This document shows positions 39,005 through 48,830 of a DNA stretch of 64,000 nucleotides, one piece after another. The stretch is from positions 2,424,393-2,488,392 of the forward strand of contig OZ220495.1 of NCBI GenBank assembly GCA_965116225.1, written 5' to 3'. Within the stretch, counting starts at the first letter, position 1. Every line of letters begins with the position of its first letter. This DNA comes from Dehalococcoidia bacterium. GTDB lineage: Bacteria > Chloroflexota > Dehalococcoidia > Bin125. The notes below the pieces were generated by a model. It saw only the letters and a program-made list of their open reading frames with translations, ran no database searches and was not told the origin of the DNA. The translations under genes and the position numbers were made by a program.

Positions 39005-40591
39005 TTAGAGAGGGATGTTGCCGTGTTTCTTGGGTGGCGACGTGTCGACCTTATCGGCCAGCATATCGAGCGCCCGAAAGATGGCCGTGCGTGTATCGCG
39101 GGGGTGAATGACATCGTCGACGAACCCGAGCTCGGCGGCTTGATAGGGACGATAGAATTCGGCCTCGTATTCGGCGATCAGCTTGGCGTGCTCGGCGATC
39201 GGGTCGTCGGCATCGGCGATGCGTCGGCGGTGAACGATGTTGACCGCGCCGTCGGAGCCGGTCACGGCGATCTGGGCCGTAGGCCAGGCGAGGTTGATGT
39301 CGGAGCGCAGGTGCTTACTACTCATTACAACATAGGCGCCGCCGATCGACTTGCGTAGCGTCACGGCGACCTTGGGCACGGTGGCCTCGGCGTAGGCATA
39401 GAGCAGCTTGGCACCATGCGCGATGATGCCGCCGTACTCCTGCTGCGTGCCGGGCAGAAAGCCGGGCACATCGACGAGCGTGACAATGGGGATGTTAAAG
39501 CAGTCGCAGAAGCGGACGAAGCGAGCGGCTTTGCGAGAGGCGTCGATGTCGAGCACGCCGGCGAGCGTGTCGGGGTCGTTGGCGACGATGCCGACGCCAT
39601 AGCCGCCCATGTGGGCGAAGCCGATCGCTACGTTGCGCGCCCACTGCGACTGAATTTCCATGAACTGACCGTTGTCGACGATCTCGCGGATCACGCGGCG
39701 CATGTCGTACGGTCGTGTGGAATCGGCGGGCACAATCTCAGCGAGCGCGTCGAGCTTACGATCGGGAGAGTCGCCGGTGTCGGTCCAGCGCGGGTCTTCC
39801 ATGTTGTTCTGGGGCAGGAAGGTAAGCAGCTGACGGACACTGTTCAGCGTCGCTTCCTCGCCGGCGATGCAGAAATGGGCAACGCCGGTCCTGGTGGCGT
39901 GGGTCATCGCGCCGCCAAGCTCTTCGTGTGTGACTTCCTCGCCCGAGACGGCGCGAATTACGTCGGGCCCGGTGATGTACATCTGTCCGCTGCCCTGGAC
40001 CATGAAGATGAAGTCCATAATCGCCGGGGAATAGACGCCCCCACCGGCGGCGGGGCCGGCGCAGACGGCGATCTGAGGCACGAGGCCTGATGAGAGCGTG
40101 TTGCGCAGGAAAATCTCGCCGTAGCCGCGCAGCGAGGTGACGCCCTCCTGAATGCGGGCACCGCCGCCGTCGTTGATCGCGACGATGGGCGCGCCGACCT
40201 TCATCGACAGGTCCTGGACCTTGACGATTTTCTCGGCCGCCGCTTCCGAGACCGAACCGCCGAAGAGGGTGAAATCCTGCGCGTAAGCAAAGACCGTACG
40301 GCCGTCGATGGTCCCGTGCCCGACGACGACGGAATCGCCTTCGGGTCGGTTGGTTTCCAGACCGAACCCCGTGCCGCGGTGCTTAACGAACGGATCGATC
40401 TCGGTGAATGAGCCGGCGTCGAACAGAATGTCCAGTCGTTCGCGCGCGCTCAATTTGCCGCGGCTGTGCTGTCGCTCGAGCGCTCCCGTTCGGGACGTGG
40501 CGGCGTTGCCGTTGCGTCGCCGTCGGGCGACTTCTTCGAGCAAGAAGTCGATGCCGCGCTGCGAAGCCTGCTGAGCCGGTTCAGAGACCAT
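39005..40591 (-). CDS. Acyl-CoA carboxylase carboxyltransferase (beta) subunit, propionyl-CoA carboxylase-type
   Basis: Two crotonase-like carboxyltransferase halves (...AINDGGGARIQEG...; ...GGAYVVMSSK...). 528 aa. Confidence 0.85.
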   Translation of the reverse strand: MVSEPAQQASQRGIDFLLEEVARRRRNGNAATSRTGALERQHSRGKLSARERLDILFDAGSFTEIDPFVKHRGTGFGLETNRPEGDSVVVGHGTIDGRTVFAYAQDFTLFGGSVSEAAAEKIVKVQDLSMKVGAPIVAINDGGGARIQEGVTSLRGYGEIFLRNTLSSGLVPQIAVCAGPAAGGGVYSPAIMDFIFMVQGSGQMYITGPDVIRAVSGEEVTHEELGGAMTHATRTGVAHFCIAGEEATLNSVRQLLTFLPQNNMEDPRWTDTGDSPDRKLDALAEIVPADSTRPYDMRRVIREIVDNGQFMEIQSQWARNVAIGFAHMGGYGVGIVANDPDTLAGVLDIDASRKAARFVRFCDCFNIPIVTLVDVPGFLPGTQQEYGGIIAHGAKLLYAYAEATVPKVAVTLRKSIGGAYVVMSSKHLRSDINLAWPTAQIAVTGSDGAVNIVHRRRIADADDPIAEHAKLIAEYEAEFYRPYQAAELGFVDDVIHPRDTRTAIFRALDMLADKVDTSPPKKHGNIPL

Positions 40592-40718
40592 AAGACATCC
40601 GTTGTCCCTTCGGCGAGACGCACCCGGTCACCGCTTCGCAGTCAGTGAGGCTACTACAGGCGGATCGCGGGGACAATCGACGAATACGCAACGGAGCTGC
40701 GGCGAATCGCCCGCCCTC

Positions 40719-41384
40719 CTATCCGGGGGGGGGCAACGCTTCCGTCTGTTGTTGTTCCGGCACCGCTTCATCGGACTGCGGAGGGATGATCAACGCTTGC
40801 CCAATCTGCAGGTTACCCGCCTGCGTCTCCGTGAGACGATTGTACGACATGAGCGCGTCCCAGGTGAATCCGTGCGCGAAGGCGATATCGGCGAGCGTGT
40901 CGCCGGCCTGGACAATGTAGATCTCTCCGGGCGGCTGCTCAGGCGGGTCGTCAGGTTCCGCGCTATCGGCATTCTGCGGCGCAGCCGCCCCGCAGCCGCC
41001 CTCGCGGATCGGAATCCGAAGTTCGTCACCGATGTCGAGTGTGTTGATGTCGACGATCGTGTTGAGGCGCTGAATCTCCTCGAACGTAACGCAGAATCGC
41101 GCCGCGATGGTGGCGAGGCTGTCTCCGGGCTGCACCACGTATGTCGTCTCCGTAACCGGTGCCTGCTCGACAGTGATCTCATCCTCGAACAGATACGGGG
41201 CCGGCAGCGGATCGGGCAACGCTTCGACCGGGATGTCCTCGGCATTTGCGCTCGTGCTTGAGGGTTCGACCGCGCCGGGTACGTCGGCAGGGGGCGGGTT
41301 TTCGTTCCCGCAGGCGACCACAACCGCCGCGCCGATCACGGCGACGAGGACGATCAGTCCTCTGGCGCGAGAGCGGAGGTACAC
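40719..41384 (-). CDS. LysM-domain lipoprotein (two LysM repeats)
   Basis: Two LysM motifs (YVVQPGDSLATIA..., YIVQAGDTLADIA...). Lipoprotein signal MYLRSRARGLIVLVAVIGAAVVVAC from GTG at 41384. The alternative ATG at 41426 would overlap the M28 gene. The C-terminus runs through a C9 tract. Confidence 0.7.
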   Translation of the reverse strand: MYLRSRARGLIVLVAVIGAAVVVACGNENPPPADVPGAVEPSSTSANAEDIPVEALPDPLPAPYLFEDEITVEQAPVTETTYVVQPGDSLATIAARFCVTFEEIQRLNTIVDINTLDIGDELRIPIREGGCGAAAPQNADSAEPDDPPEQPPGEIYIVQAGDTLADIAFAHGFTWDALMSYNRLTETQAGNLQIGQALIIPPQSDEAVPEQQQTEALPPPG

Positions 41385-41407
41385 GTGCCTAGTGTCGCAC
41401 GATATGG

Positions 41408-42889
41408 CTAGTTTGGATTCACGCACGCGGTGTTGGGGATGACCGGACTGCCGGCCTGTAGCAGAAGGCAGGAGAGGATGCTATGGCTAAGTGTGGCGAT
41501 GTCGGCGTAGACTTCGTGATCGATGTTGTCGAGATTATCGAGCGGGGTGTGCATGATCCCACCCAGAGGAAACGGGAAGACCACGGGTACGCCGGCCCAG
41601 TCGAAGTTCAAGTGATCGGAGCCAAGCATCATAGGCAGCGAACCGCGGCTCGCGTCGATCTGTAGCGCTTCGGATACCGCGTTGACCATCGCGCCGAGTT
41701 CGCCGGATGCGATGATCCGGTACGGTGCGTTTCCGTCGCCGATCGCGTCGAGATTGAGCATGGCGGTAACCAGTTCCAGCGCGCCGGAGGCTTGCATCTC
41801 CTGAACGAAGAACTCGGAGCCATGTAGTCCGAGCTCTTCAGCTCCGAAGCCGACGAAGCAGAGGTCGGCCGCGGCCGGATGCGCGGACCATGCCTCGGCG
41901 AAGGCAAGCATGAGCGCGGTGCCTGATGCGTTGTCGTTGGCGCCGCTGACTTCGGGCACGGTGTCGTAATGTCCGCCAACAACCACGAGACAGCGTCCAC
42001 CTAGCTTTCGGGCGATCACGTTGCGGGACACGCCAGTCGCGGGGGATGCGTTGAGAATGACGGCTTCGACATCTGCCACGGCAAGACGGGCGCGAAGGTC
42101 GTCTCCGTCTTGCTTGATCATCTGCAGAACGGGAATCTTGCTGGAATACGCGCCCAAGCTGCCGCCCAGCGATTCGCTCGCGAGGCGGTTGACGATGATC
42201 AGCGCGACTGCGCCCGCGGCCTCCGCATGCGACGCCTTGACGTGGAACTCGATCTCGCCACGATCGACGATGGCGATCCTGCCTCGTACTGCGGCAGCCT
42301 CAAAGTCTGCGGGCTGGCCTAATCCAGGCACATCGACGAGTCTGGCTCTGATACCGTGATCCGCCGAACCGGGAAAGCGAAATCCGATTGCACTGTAACC
42401 AGCATCGAGATCGACGCGGCTGACTACGCCCTGGACGCTATAGGTGAACGGCTGGATCTCGACCTCGTAGCCGAGTTGCTTGAAGATCTGGGCGAGATAC
42501 TCGGCCGCCGCTGCTTCCTCCTCTGAGCCGCTGGCGCGTGATCCCAGCTCGCCGGCGAGCTGGTCGAGGTACCTGCGGGCGGACTCGACGCTGAACGAAG
42601 GCGTGGCCGCCGCTTCAGCCGATGCTTGACGCGCTGGAGTTGCGGGCGCGGGTTGTCGCTGCCCCACTTGAGTCCCGGCTTGCGTCGAGGTTTGCGGGTT
42701 GGTTTGGGATCGACCCAACTCGACAGGTTGCACATCGGGCTGGTGGGTAACCGCAGGGGTTGACTGCGCGTCCCGCTCAGCCGGCTCGACCTGTTCGACG
42801 GGTTGGGCAACCGGTTGCGGAACGTCCGATGAGCAGGAAAGCGCCAGCGCGGCTGTGACGGCGAACGTAGGCAGGAGTCGGCGAAGCAC
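41408..42889 (-). CDS. M28-family zinc aminopeptidase with PA domain, lipoprotein
   Basis: GGHYDTVPEVSGANDNASGTALMLAFAEAW and ...GAEELGLHGS are M28 metal ligands. Lipobox LALSC. Pro/Gln-rich linker. GTG start 7 nt after the upstream gene's stop. The listed ORF to 43096 overlaps that upstream gene. Confidence 0.75.
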   Translation of the reverse strand: MLRRLLPTFAVTAALALSCSSDVPQPVAQPVEQVEPAERDAQSTPAVTHQPDVQPVELGRSQTNPQTSTQAGTQVGQRQPAPATPARQASAEAAATPSFSVESARRYLDQLAGELGSRASGSEEEAAAAEYLAQIFKQLGYEVEIQPFTYSVQGVVSRVDLDAGYSAIGFRFPGSADHGIRARLVDVPGLGQPADFEAAAVRGRIAIVDRGEIEFHVKASHAEAAGAVALIIVNRLASESLGGSLGAYSSKIPVLQMIKQDGDDLRARLAVADVEAVILNASPATGVSRNVIARKLGGRCLVVVGGHYDTVPEVSGANDNASGTALMLAFAEAWSAHPAAADLCFVGFGAEELGLHGSEFFVQEMQASGALELVTAMLNLDAIGDGNAPYRIIASGELGAMVNAVSEALQIDASRGSLPMMLGSDHLNFDWAGVPVVFPFPLGGIMHTPLDNLDNIDHEVYADIATLSHSILSCLLLQAGSPVIPNTACVNPN

Positions 42890-42896
42890 AGTCGAA

Positions 42897-43298
42897 TCAA
42901 CGATCGCGGCGGAAGAGACGTCGAAAGGGATTGCTGGATTGTCGCTCGTAGCTGATGTAGCGGTCGCGCCAGTAGCCGCCGCGAGGCTGCCCGCTCCGCG
43001 AGTTGCCGCCGCGAGAGGCCCAGAACAGGCCAAGCGCAAACACCACGAAGCCGGACACTGCCAGCCACAGGCCGCCGCCGCGGAGCACCAGGCCAACGAT
43101 GAGCAGTAGCGCTCCAGCGAGTAGCAGATGGTTGGCGGTCAGCGCCGCGGCGTGGTTGACGATCGACGAGCCGACGCGCTGTGCGGCAAGCCGAATTGGC
43201 CCCGGGCGACGCGATTGTCTGCGTCGCCAATCGAAGTCCTCGATGTTGGCGAGCACTTCCTCAACGTCGCGTTCGAGGCGGTCCGATTCGTCCGACAT
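42897..43298 (-). CDS. Small two-TM membrane protein (DUF3040-like)
   Basis: Charged N-terminus (MSDESDRLERDVEEVLANIED) followed by two TM helices. Confidence 0.45.
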   Translation of the reverse strand: MSDESDRLERDVEEVLANIEDFDWRRRQSRRPGPIRLAAQRVGSSIVNHAAALTANHLLLAGALLLIVGLVLRGGGLWLAVSGFVVFALGLFWASRGGNSRSGQPRGGYWRDRYISYERQSSNPFRRLFRRDR

Positions 43299-43340
43299 GG
43301 TTGGCTCTCCGTCGTTCCTCCGCGTCCCTGTTCAGACATT

Positions 43341-44972
43341 CTAACGTGATTTCGGCGCGCCCCAACCGCCGCCGCCGGGCGTTTCGATACTGATGATGTC
43401 TCCCGCCTGCACATCGATCGTGACTTTACCGGGCAGGTTGCGTCGCGCTCGGGACTCGCCGCGATCGATGCGCTCCAGGCGGTTGCGGCCGCTCTGGCCA
43501 GGCAGACCGCCGTTCGCGCCCCAGGGTTGACGGGTCCGGCGTTCGCTGATGATCGTGACCTGCGCGGGAGCGAGGAACTGCGTGCGGCGCACGAGACCGT
43601 GACCGCCGCGATGTCGGCCGGCCCCCGACGATCTCGGGCGAATGGAGTTCTCGACCACTCGCAGTGGATAGGCAAGTTCCAACGCCTCAGCCGGCGTATT
43701 GAGCGTGTTGGTCATATGCGCGTGAGCGGCGTCGAGCCCTGGTCCGTCGGGACCGCCGCCAAGTCCGCCGCCTGAGGTCTCGTAGTACGCCCACGGCTGA
43801 CCGCTGCGTGGATCGACGCCGCCGGCGGTGAAATTGTTCATCGTGCCGGATGATGCCGCCGGCATACGCTCGGGCAGGATCTGCGCGAACGCGCCCCAGA
43901 CCGTGTCGACGATCCGTTGCGAGGTTTCCACATTGCCGGCAGCGACGGCAACGGGAGGCTGAGCGGCTACCACGGAGCGTTCCGGCAACGTGAACGTGAT
44001 CGGCCGAAACAGACCTGAGTTCATCGGCGTATCGGGCGGCAGCAGACAACGGATCACGTAGTAGCAGGCAGAGCGCGTGACCGGCGCGACGGCGTTTATT
44101 GAGGCAGCGCGCTGCAGCGCGCTGCCGCTGAAGTCGAAGTGCGCCTGATCCTCCGTCAGTGTCAGCGCGAGTCGTATCTGCACTGGTTCCAGCTCGTGCC
44201 CGTCGTCGTCGAGCGCGTCCTCAAAGGTCCAGACCCCGTGCGGCAGTTCGCGCAGGTAGGCGCGGGTCAGACGCTCGCCATAGTCGAGCAGCGCGACGGT
44301 CGTTTCGACGTAGGCGGTGTCGCCATAGTCGGCGTGGAGGTCGGCGACGCGGCGCTCGCCGAGCCGCTGCGCGGCGATCTGCGCGTTGAAGTCGCCGCGC
44401 CGCTCGTCGGGCGTGCGCACGTTGCGGAGAATAAGTTGCAGTCCCTCTTCGACGAGTTCGCCAGCTCGATAGAGGCGGATCGGTGGGATAACCAGTCCTT
44501 CCTGGATCAACTCGCGGGCGACGGGCATCGATCCTGGTACCATACCGCCGATATCAGCCTGGTGCGCGCGACTGGCGACATAACCAATCGGCTCGTCGTC
44601 CTCCACCACATCCGCCGCGTGGTGGGTGAAGACCGGCGAGACCATAGTCACATCAGGCAAGTGCGTGCCGCCGAGGAACGGATCGTTGAGAATCGCGAGG
44701 TCGCCGCGCCGCCATGGCGCGAGCCCCTCAACGGCCCTGACCGACTCGGGCATCGCGCCCAGGTGGACGGGAATGTGCGCTGCCTGCGCCAGCAGTTGCC
44801 CATCGCGGTCGAACACGGCGCAGGAGAAGTCGGCGCGCTCCTTGATGTTGGGCGAAAGCGCCGCGTGTCGAAGCACGGCACCCATTTCCTCGGCGATCGA
44901 GCTGACCAGCGAGTCGAATATGGCGAGTCGAGCAGGATCAATGCTGGACTCCGACATGGTTCGTATCCTCAC
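43341..44972 (-). CDS. Hydantoinase B / oxoprolinase-family subunit
   Basis: HyuB pattern (...[20 protein letters not shown]...). 4-nt overlap with hyuA. Confidence 0.85.
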   Translation of the reverse strand: MRIRTMSESSIDPARLAIFDSLVSSIAEEMGAVLRHAALSPNIKERADFSCAVFDRDGQLLAQAAHIPVHLGAMPESVRAVEGLAPWRRGDLAILNDPFLGGTHLPDVTMVSPVFTHHAADVVEDDEPIGYVASRAHQADIGGMVPGSMPVARELIQEGLVIPPIRLYRAGELVEEGLQLILRNVRTPDERRGDFNAQIAAQRLGERRVADLHADYGDTAYVETTVALLDYGERLTRAYLRELPHGVWTFEDALDDDGHELEPVQIRLALTLTEDQAHFDFSGSALQRAASINAVAPVTRSACYYVIRCLLPPDTPMNSGLFRPITFTLPERSVVAAQPPVAVAAGNVETSQRIVDTVWGAFAQILPERMPAASSGTMNNFTAGGVDPRSGQPWAYYETSGGGLGGGPDGPGLDAAHAHMTNTLNTPAEALELAYPLRVVENSIRPRSSGAGRHRGGHGLVRRTQFLAPAQVTIISERRTRQPWGANGGLPGQSGRNRLERIDRGESRARRNLPGKVTIDVQAGDIISIETPGGGGWGAPKSR

Positions 44973-46987
44973 TCGGCTCGGGTGAGCAAGAGGCTTCCGG
45001 TCGGTAGCGGCGAGGCGCTCCAGCCGGGCGGCACGGTTACTGTAGTGTCGATCTGGGTCAGAATCGCCGGCCCCTGGATGCGGTCCGTCACCGAGGCTCG
45101 GACGACGACTGTGGTCAATCGAGGTCGGTCCCAGGTCACGATCTCGCTTCGGGACGGCGCGCGTTCGGAATCTTGTTTGACGCCGAGATCGCCCTGATAG
45201 CCGGCTCGGCGCGCTTTCGCGCGGGCAATGACGACTTCCACCGGCGTGCCGTCCGCTGAGAAGCCGAAGCGTTCCTCGTGCGACAGATGGAACGCCTCGC
45301 GGATGGATCGGGCATCGCGACCGTTGGGTAGCTGCACGGTGAGTTCATGCGATTGACCGCGATAACGCAGGTCGGCGGCAAACTCGATGGTGACGTCGTC
45401 CACGTAGCCGTCCTCGGCGATGGCCGCGGTTGCCTGCCGCGCGACGGACGCGAAGGCCTCGTCGAGTCCGGGCAGCTCGCCGTGATCAGTTAGGTCAATG
45501 GTCAGATGGATGCCCTGTTCCGCGTCGCGGGTGATATCGGCGATTAGCATGCCTGCCGCCGACAGCACGCCCGGAGCTGGGGGAATCAGCACTTGTGGAA
45601 TGCTGAGCGCGTCGGCGAGGTCGCAGGCGTGGAGCGGTCCGGCACCGCCGAATGCGACCAGCGTGAATCGTTCGGGGTCGTAGCCGCGCTCGACCGAGAT
45701 CGCCCGCAACGCGCGTGCCATATTCGCGTTGATGACGTCGATCACCGCCTGCGCCGCCATCTCGATCGAACCGAACGGTGCGGAGATGTCCGCGATAGCG
45801 GTATGGGCTCGTTCTACGTCGAGCGAGACCGCGCCGCCCAGCTGTTGTTCCGGTCGCAGTCGGCCGAGTGCTACGTGAGCGTCGGTGACCGTTGGCAGTC
45901 GGCCGCAACCGTAGGCCGCCGGTCCCGGATCGGCACCGGCCGACTGCGGCCCGACGCGGAGCGCGCCCCCGGCGTCAAACCAGGCAATCGAGCCGCCCCC
46001 GGCGCCAACGGTATGTAGGTCCACAGCCGGCGTGCGAATCGGCATGCTGTCGACGACGAGATCGGTGCGTTCCAGCAGTCGACCGGGACAGAGCGCGACA
46101 TCGGCGGAGGTGCCGCCCATGTCGAAGGTAATCGCGTTGGCGCATCCGTCGGACCAGGCGGCGGCGAATGCGCCGGCGACGCCCCCGGCGGGTCCTGAGA
46201 GCACGGTCCGCACCGCGTTGCGCCCCGCTGCGGCGGCCGAGAGCGAGCCGCCGTTGGATTGCATGATGCGCAGGCGCACGCCGTTCGCGCTCGCCGCTTC
46301 GAGTTGTTGCGCCAACTTACTCAGATAGGCGGTCATCACCGGCGTGAGGTAGGCGTTCGCCGTGGTGGTGCTCATCCGCTCGAACTCACGGTGTTGGGGA
46401 AGAACCTCGTGCGAGACAGAAACTTCGAAGCCGCGTCGATGGGCGCGTTCGGCGGCGATGCGTTCGTGCGCCGGATTGATGAAGCTGAACAGGAAACAGA
46501 TGGCGATGCTGCGGATGCAGGCCCGCTCGATACGATCGAGGACCAGGTCGAGTTCGTCGATGGAAAGCGGCGTCACCACTGCACCGTCGGCGGCGATGCG
46601 TTCGTCGACCTCGAAGCGCAGTCGGCGTGGCACCAGCGGATCGGGTCGTTGCGGATGGAGCGCGTAGAGGTCGGGACGCGCCTGACGTCCGATGACGAGC
46701 GCGTCGCGGAATCCGGCTGTCGTGATCAGCGCGACAGGAGCGCCGTTTCGGGTGAGCAGCGCGTTGGTGGCAACGGTCGATCCGTGCACGACTTCGTCCG
46801 GCGACCAGCCGAATTCGGCCAATCCGTCGATGATCGCCCGTCCAGGATCGTCGGGTGTGGACGGTCGTTTGGCGATCTTGATCTCGCCTTGGCGCAGGAA
46901 GACGAAGTCGGTGAAGGTGCCGCCGACATCGGTACCGAGGAGCGTTCCACGATGCCGATTGGCTGAGCTGGTTGACGAGATCGACAT
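44969..46987 (-). CDS. Hydantoinase A / oxoprolinase-family subunit
   Basis: GTDVGGTFTDFVFL N-terminus and ASKHA-fold pattern. 672 aa. Confidence 0.85.
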   Translation of the reverse strand: MSISSTSSANRHRGTLLGTDVGGTFTDFVFLRQGEIKIAKRPSTPDDPGRAIIDGLAEFGWSPDEVVHGSTVATNALLTRNGAPVALITTAGFRDALVIGRQARPDLYALHPQRPDPLVPRRLRFEVDERIAADGAVVTPLSIDELDLVLDRIERACIRSIAICFLFSFINPAHERIAAERAHRRGFEVSVSHEVLPQHREFERMSTTTANAYLTPVMTAYLSKLAQQLEAASANGVRLRIMQSNGGSLSAAAAGRNAVRTVLSGPAGGVAGAFAAAWSDGCANAITFDMGGTSADVALCPGRLLERTDLVVDSMPIRTPAVDLHTVGAGGGSIAWFDAGGALRVGPQSAGADPGPAAYGCGRLPTVTDAHVALGRLRPEQQLGGAVSLDVERAHTAIADISAPFGSIEMAAQAVIDVINANMARALRAISVERGYDPERFTLVAFGGAGPLHACDLADALSIPQVLIPPAPGVLSAAGMLIADITRDAEQGIHLTIDLTDHGELPGLDEAFASVARQATAAIAEDGYVDDVTIEFAADLRYRGQSHELTVQLPNGRDARSIREAFHLSHEERFGFSADGTPVEVVIARAKARRAGYQGDLGVKQDSERAPSRSEIVTWDRPRLTTVVVRASVTDRIQGPAILTQIDTTVTVPPGWSASPLPTGSLLLTRAE

Positions 46988-47021
46988 GATGGCAGCTAGT
47001 GTACGGCGCGTTTTTAGGTTG

Positions 47022-47050
47022 CTTGACTGTCCTACGGATCGCTCGTAGCA
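47022..47050 (+). promoter_or_regulatory. Candidate sigma-70-type promoter for rplY
   Basis: TTGACT, 17-nt spacer, TAGCAT, lying ~75 nt upstream of the rplY start. Seen in sequence but unverified. Confidence 0.3.
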
Positions 47051-47124
47051 TTAATCGAATCGATACGCTCTCGGCAATATAGCAAATGCGACCACGCACA
47101 CTGGCCGACGGTTGAGATGGATGG

Positions 47125-47781
47125 TTGATGATGCTTGATGCGGCGGAAACGGTCTTGCAAGCGGCAAGCCGTAAGATTGTCGGCAAGAGAGTTAAGCAGC
47201 TACGACGATTGGGGATCGTCCCAGCGAACGTCTACGGGCGCGGTCGAGAATCGCGCGCCATTCAGACACCGCTCACCGAAGTGCAGCGCGTATTCACCAC
47301 GGTAGATCGCAATGCGGTCGTACCGATCTCGATCGACGGCTTGCCCGAGACCATCCCCACCGTGCTCCGCGAGGTGCAACGGCATCCGGTCAACCATCAG
47401 ATTCTACACCTGGATTTCTACGAGGTCGACCTGACGCGGCGGATTCACTCGGACGCGCGCCTCGTGCTGATTGGCAGCTCGGAAGCCGAGTCGCGCGGTG
47501 GCACGGTGGTGCAGTCGCTGGAGCGCGTTGCCCTAGAAGCGTTGCCGACGGAGATGCCGTCGGTGATTGAAGTGGAGATTTCCACGCTCGATGATTTCGG
47601 ACAATCGATGTTGGTCCGCGATCTTGAACTGCCCGAGGGCGTGATCGCCCTGACGGACGAGGCGGTCGCCGTCGCCACCGTGCTAGCGCCGCGCGTGAGC
47701 GAAGAAGACGAAGACACCGAGGCTGAGGAAGCGGTTGAGGGCATCGAGGAAGAAGAAGAGGGCGAGGCAGCTGCCGAATAG
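47125..47781 (+). CDS. rplY: 50S ribosomal protein L25 / general stress protein Ctc form
   Basis: GKRVKQLRRLGIVPANVYG N-terminus plus an acidic C-terminal tail. Confidence 0.9.
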   Translation: MMMLDAAETVLQAASRKIVGKRVKQLRRLGIVPANVYGRGRESRAIQTPLTEVQRVFTTVDRNAVVPISIDGLPETIPTVLREVQRHPVNHQILHLDFYEVDLTRRIHSDARLVLIGSSEAESRGGTVVQSLERVALEALPTEMPSVIEVEISTLDDFGQSMLVRDLELPEGVIALTDEAVAVATVLAPRVSEEDEDTEAEEAVEGIEEEEEGEAAAE

Positions 47782-47800
47782 CCGCAGCGCGGCTATTCGG
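47774..47800. terminator. 12-bp perfect hairpin between convergent rplY and rlmN
   Basis: CCGAATAGCCGC-agc-GCGGCTATTCGG overlaps the rplY stop and abuts the rlmN stop. No U-tract. Confidence 0.45.
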
Positions 47801-48830
47801 ATCGCCGCGCGTGGTCGCCGCGCAGTTGGCCGCACGCCGCAGAGATGTCGCGTCCTTGCTCAACGCGGACAGTCGTAGGCACGCCGCGCGCCTGCAACGC
47901 CTGTTGGAAGCTGAGCGTCGCTCGTCTCGTCGGCCGCTGGCCCACGACGCCAGGCGATGGGTTGAGCGGAATCAGATTAACGTGGGCGCGTAGTCCGTCG
48001 ATTCGCTCGGCCAGGCGTCGGGCGTGCGATCGACTGTCATTGACGCCCTGTGACAGGACATATTCGAACGTCACCCGGCCGCCGGTCAGGCGGTTGTGGT
48101 CGCGGATAGCGTTGAGGATGTCGTCGATCGACGATCCGGGCATAGGCACGAGTTGCTTGCGTAAGGTGGGGTCGGGCGCGTGCAGCGAGACCGCGAGGTT
48201 GACGCGAGGGTGATCCTCGCCGAGACGACGGATGTTCTGGGGGATACCTACGGTTGATACTGTGATGCGTCGGGGCGAGAGTCCGAATCCGCCAGGGTCA
48301 GTGAGTCTGCCAATCGTCTCGCTGATCCGCGCGTAGTTGGCGAGTGGCTCGCCCATACCCATGAAGACGACATGGGTGAGATCGCGTCCCTCCGCTTGCG
48401 CCCACGAGCGGGCGAGCAGCGCCTGGCGCATGATCTCGCCAACGCTGAGCTGGCGTCGTAGCCCGTCCAGTCCGGTGGCGCAAAAGACGCATCCCATCGC
48501 GCAGCCCGCCTGTGAGGAGAGGCAGACAGTGTCGCGCATCGTGGCGCGGATCAGCACGGTCTCGATTAGTTCGCCATCGCTGAGCGGCAGCAGCGCTTTG
48601 CTGGTCGATCCGTCTGTGGAGGTCTGGATGCGGACCGGACCGGTGCCGTCGGCACTGAAATCGGCGAGTTGGCGTCGCAGCGCGTCGGGGATGTCGGACA
48701 TCTTCATTGGATCAGTCACCCCGCGCTGATAGATCTGTCGCCAGATTTGCCTGGCCCGATAGGTGGGTTGCTGGAGCGATTCAACGAGCGCTGCGAGCGC
48801 GGTACGGTCGAGATCGAGGAGATCAGTCAT
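47793..48830 (-). CDS. rlmN: 23S rRNA/tRNA (adenine2503-C2)-methyltransferase RlmN (radical SAM)
   Basis: CAMGCVFCATG radical-SAM CxxxCxxC plus the RlmN-type N- and C-terminal regions. Confidence 0.9.
   Translation of the reverse strand: MTDLLDLDRTALAALVESLQQPTYRARQIWRQIYQRGVTDPMKMSDIPDALRRQLADFSADGTGPVRIQTSTDGSTSKALLPLSDGELIETVLIRATMRDTVCLSSQAGCAMGCVFCATGLDGLRRQLSVGEIMRQALLARSWAQAEGRDLTHVVFMGMGEPLANYARISETIGRLTDPGGFGLSPRRITVSTVGIPQNIRRLGEDHPRVNLAVSLHAPDPTLRKQLVPMPGSSIDDILNAIRDHNRLTGGRVTFEYVLSQGVNDSRSHARRLAERIDGLRAHVNLIPLNPSPGVVGQRPTRRATLSFQQALQARGVPTTVRVEQGRDISAACGQLRGDHARRSE

Noticed and set aside
40725-40733. C9/G9 homopolymer as a phase-variation switch for the LysM gene
   Set aside because: The tract encodes the last PPP before the stop, so slippage would change only the extreme C-terminus. 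It is not an ON/OFF switch.
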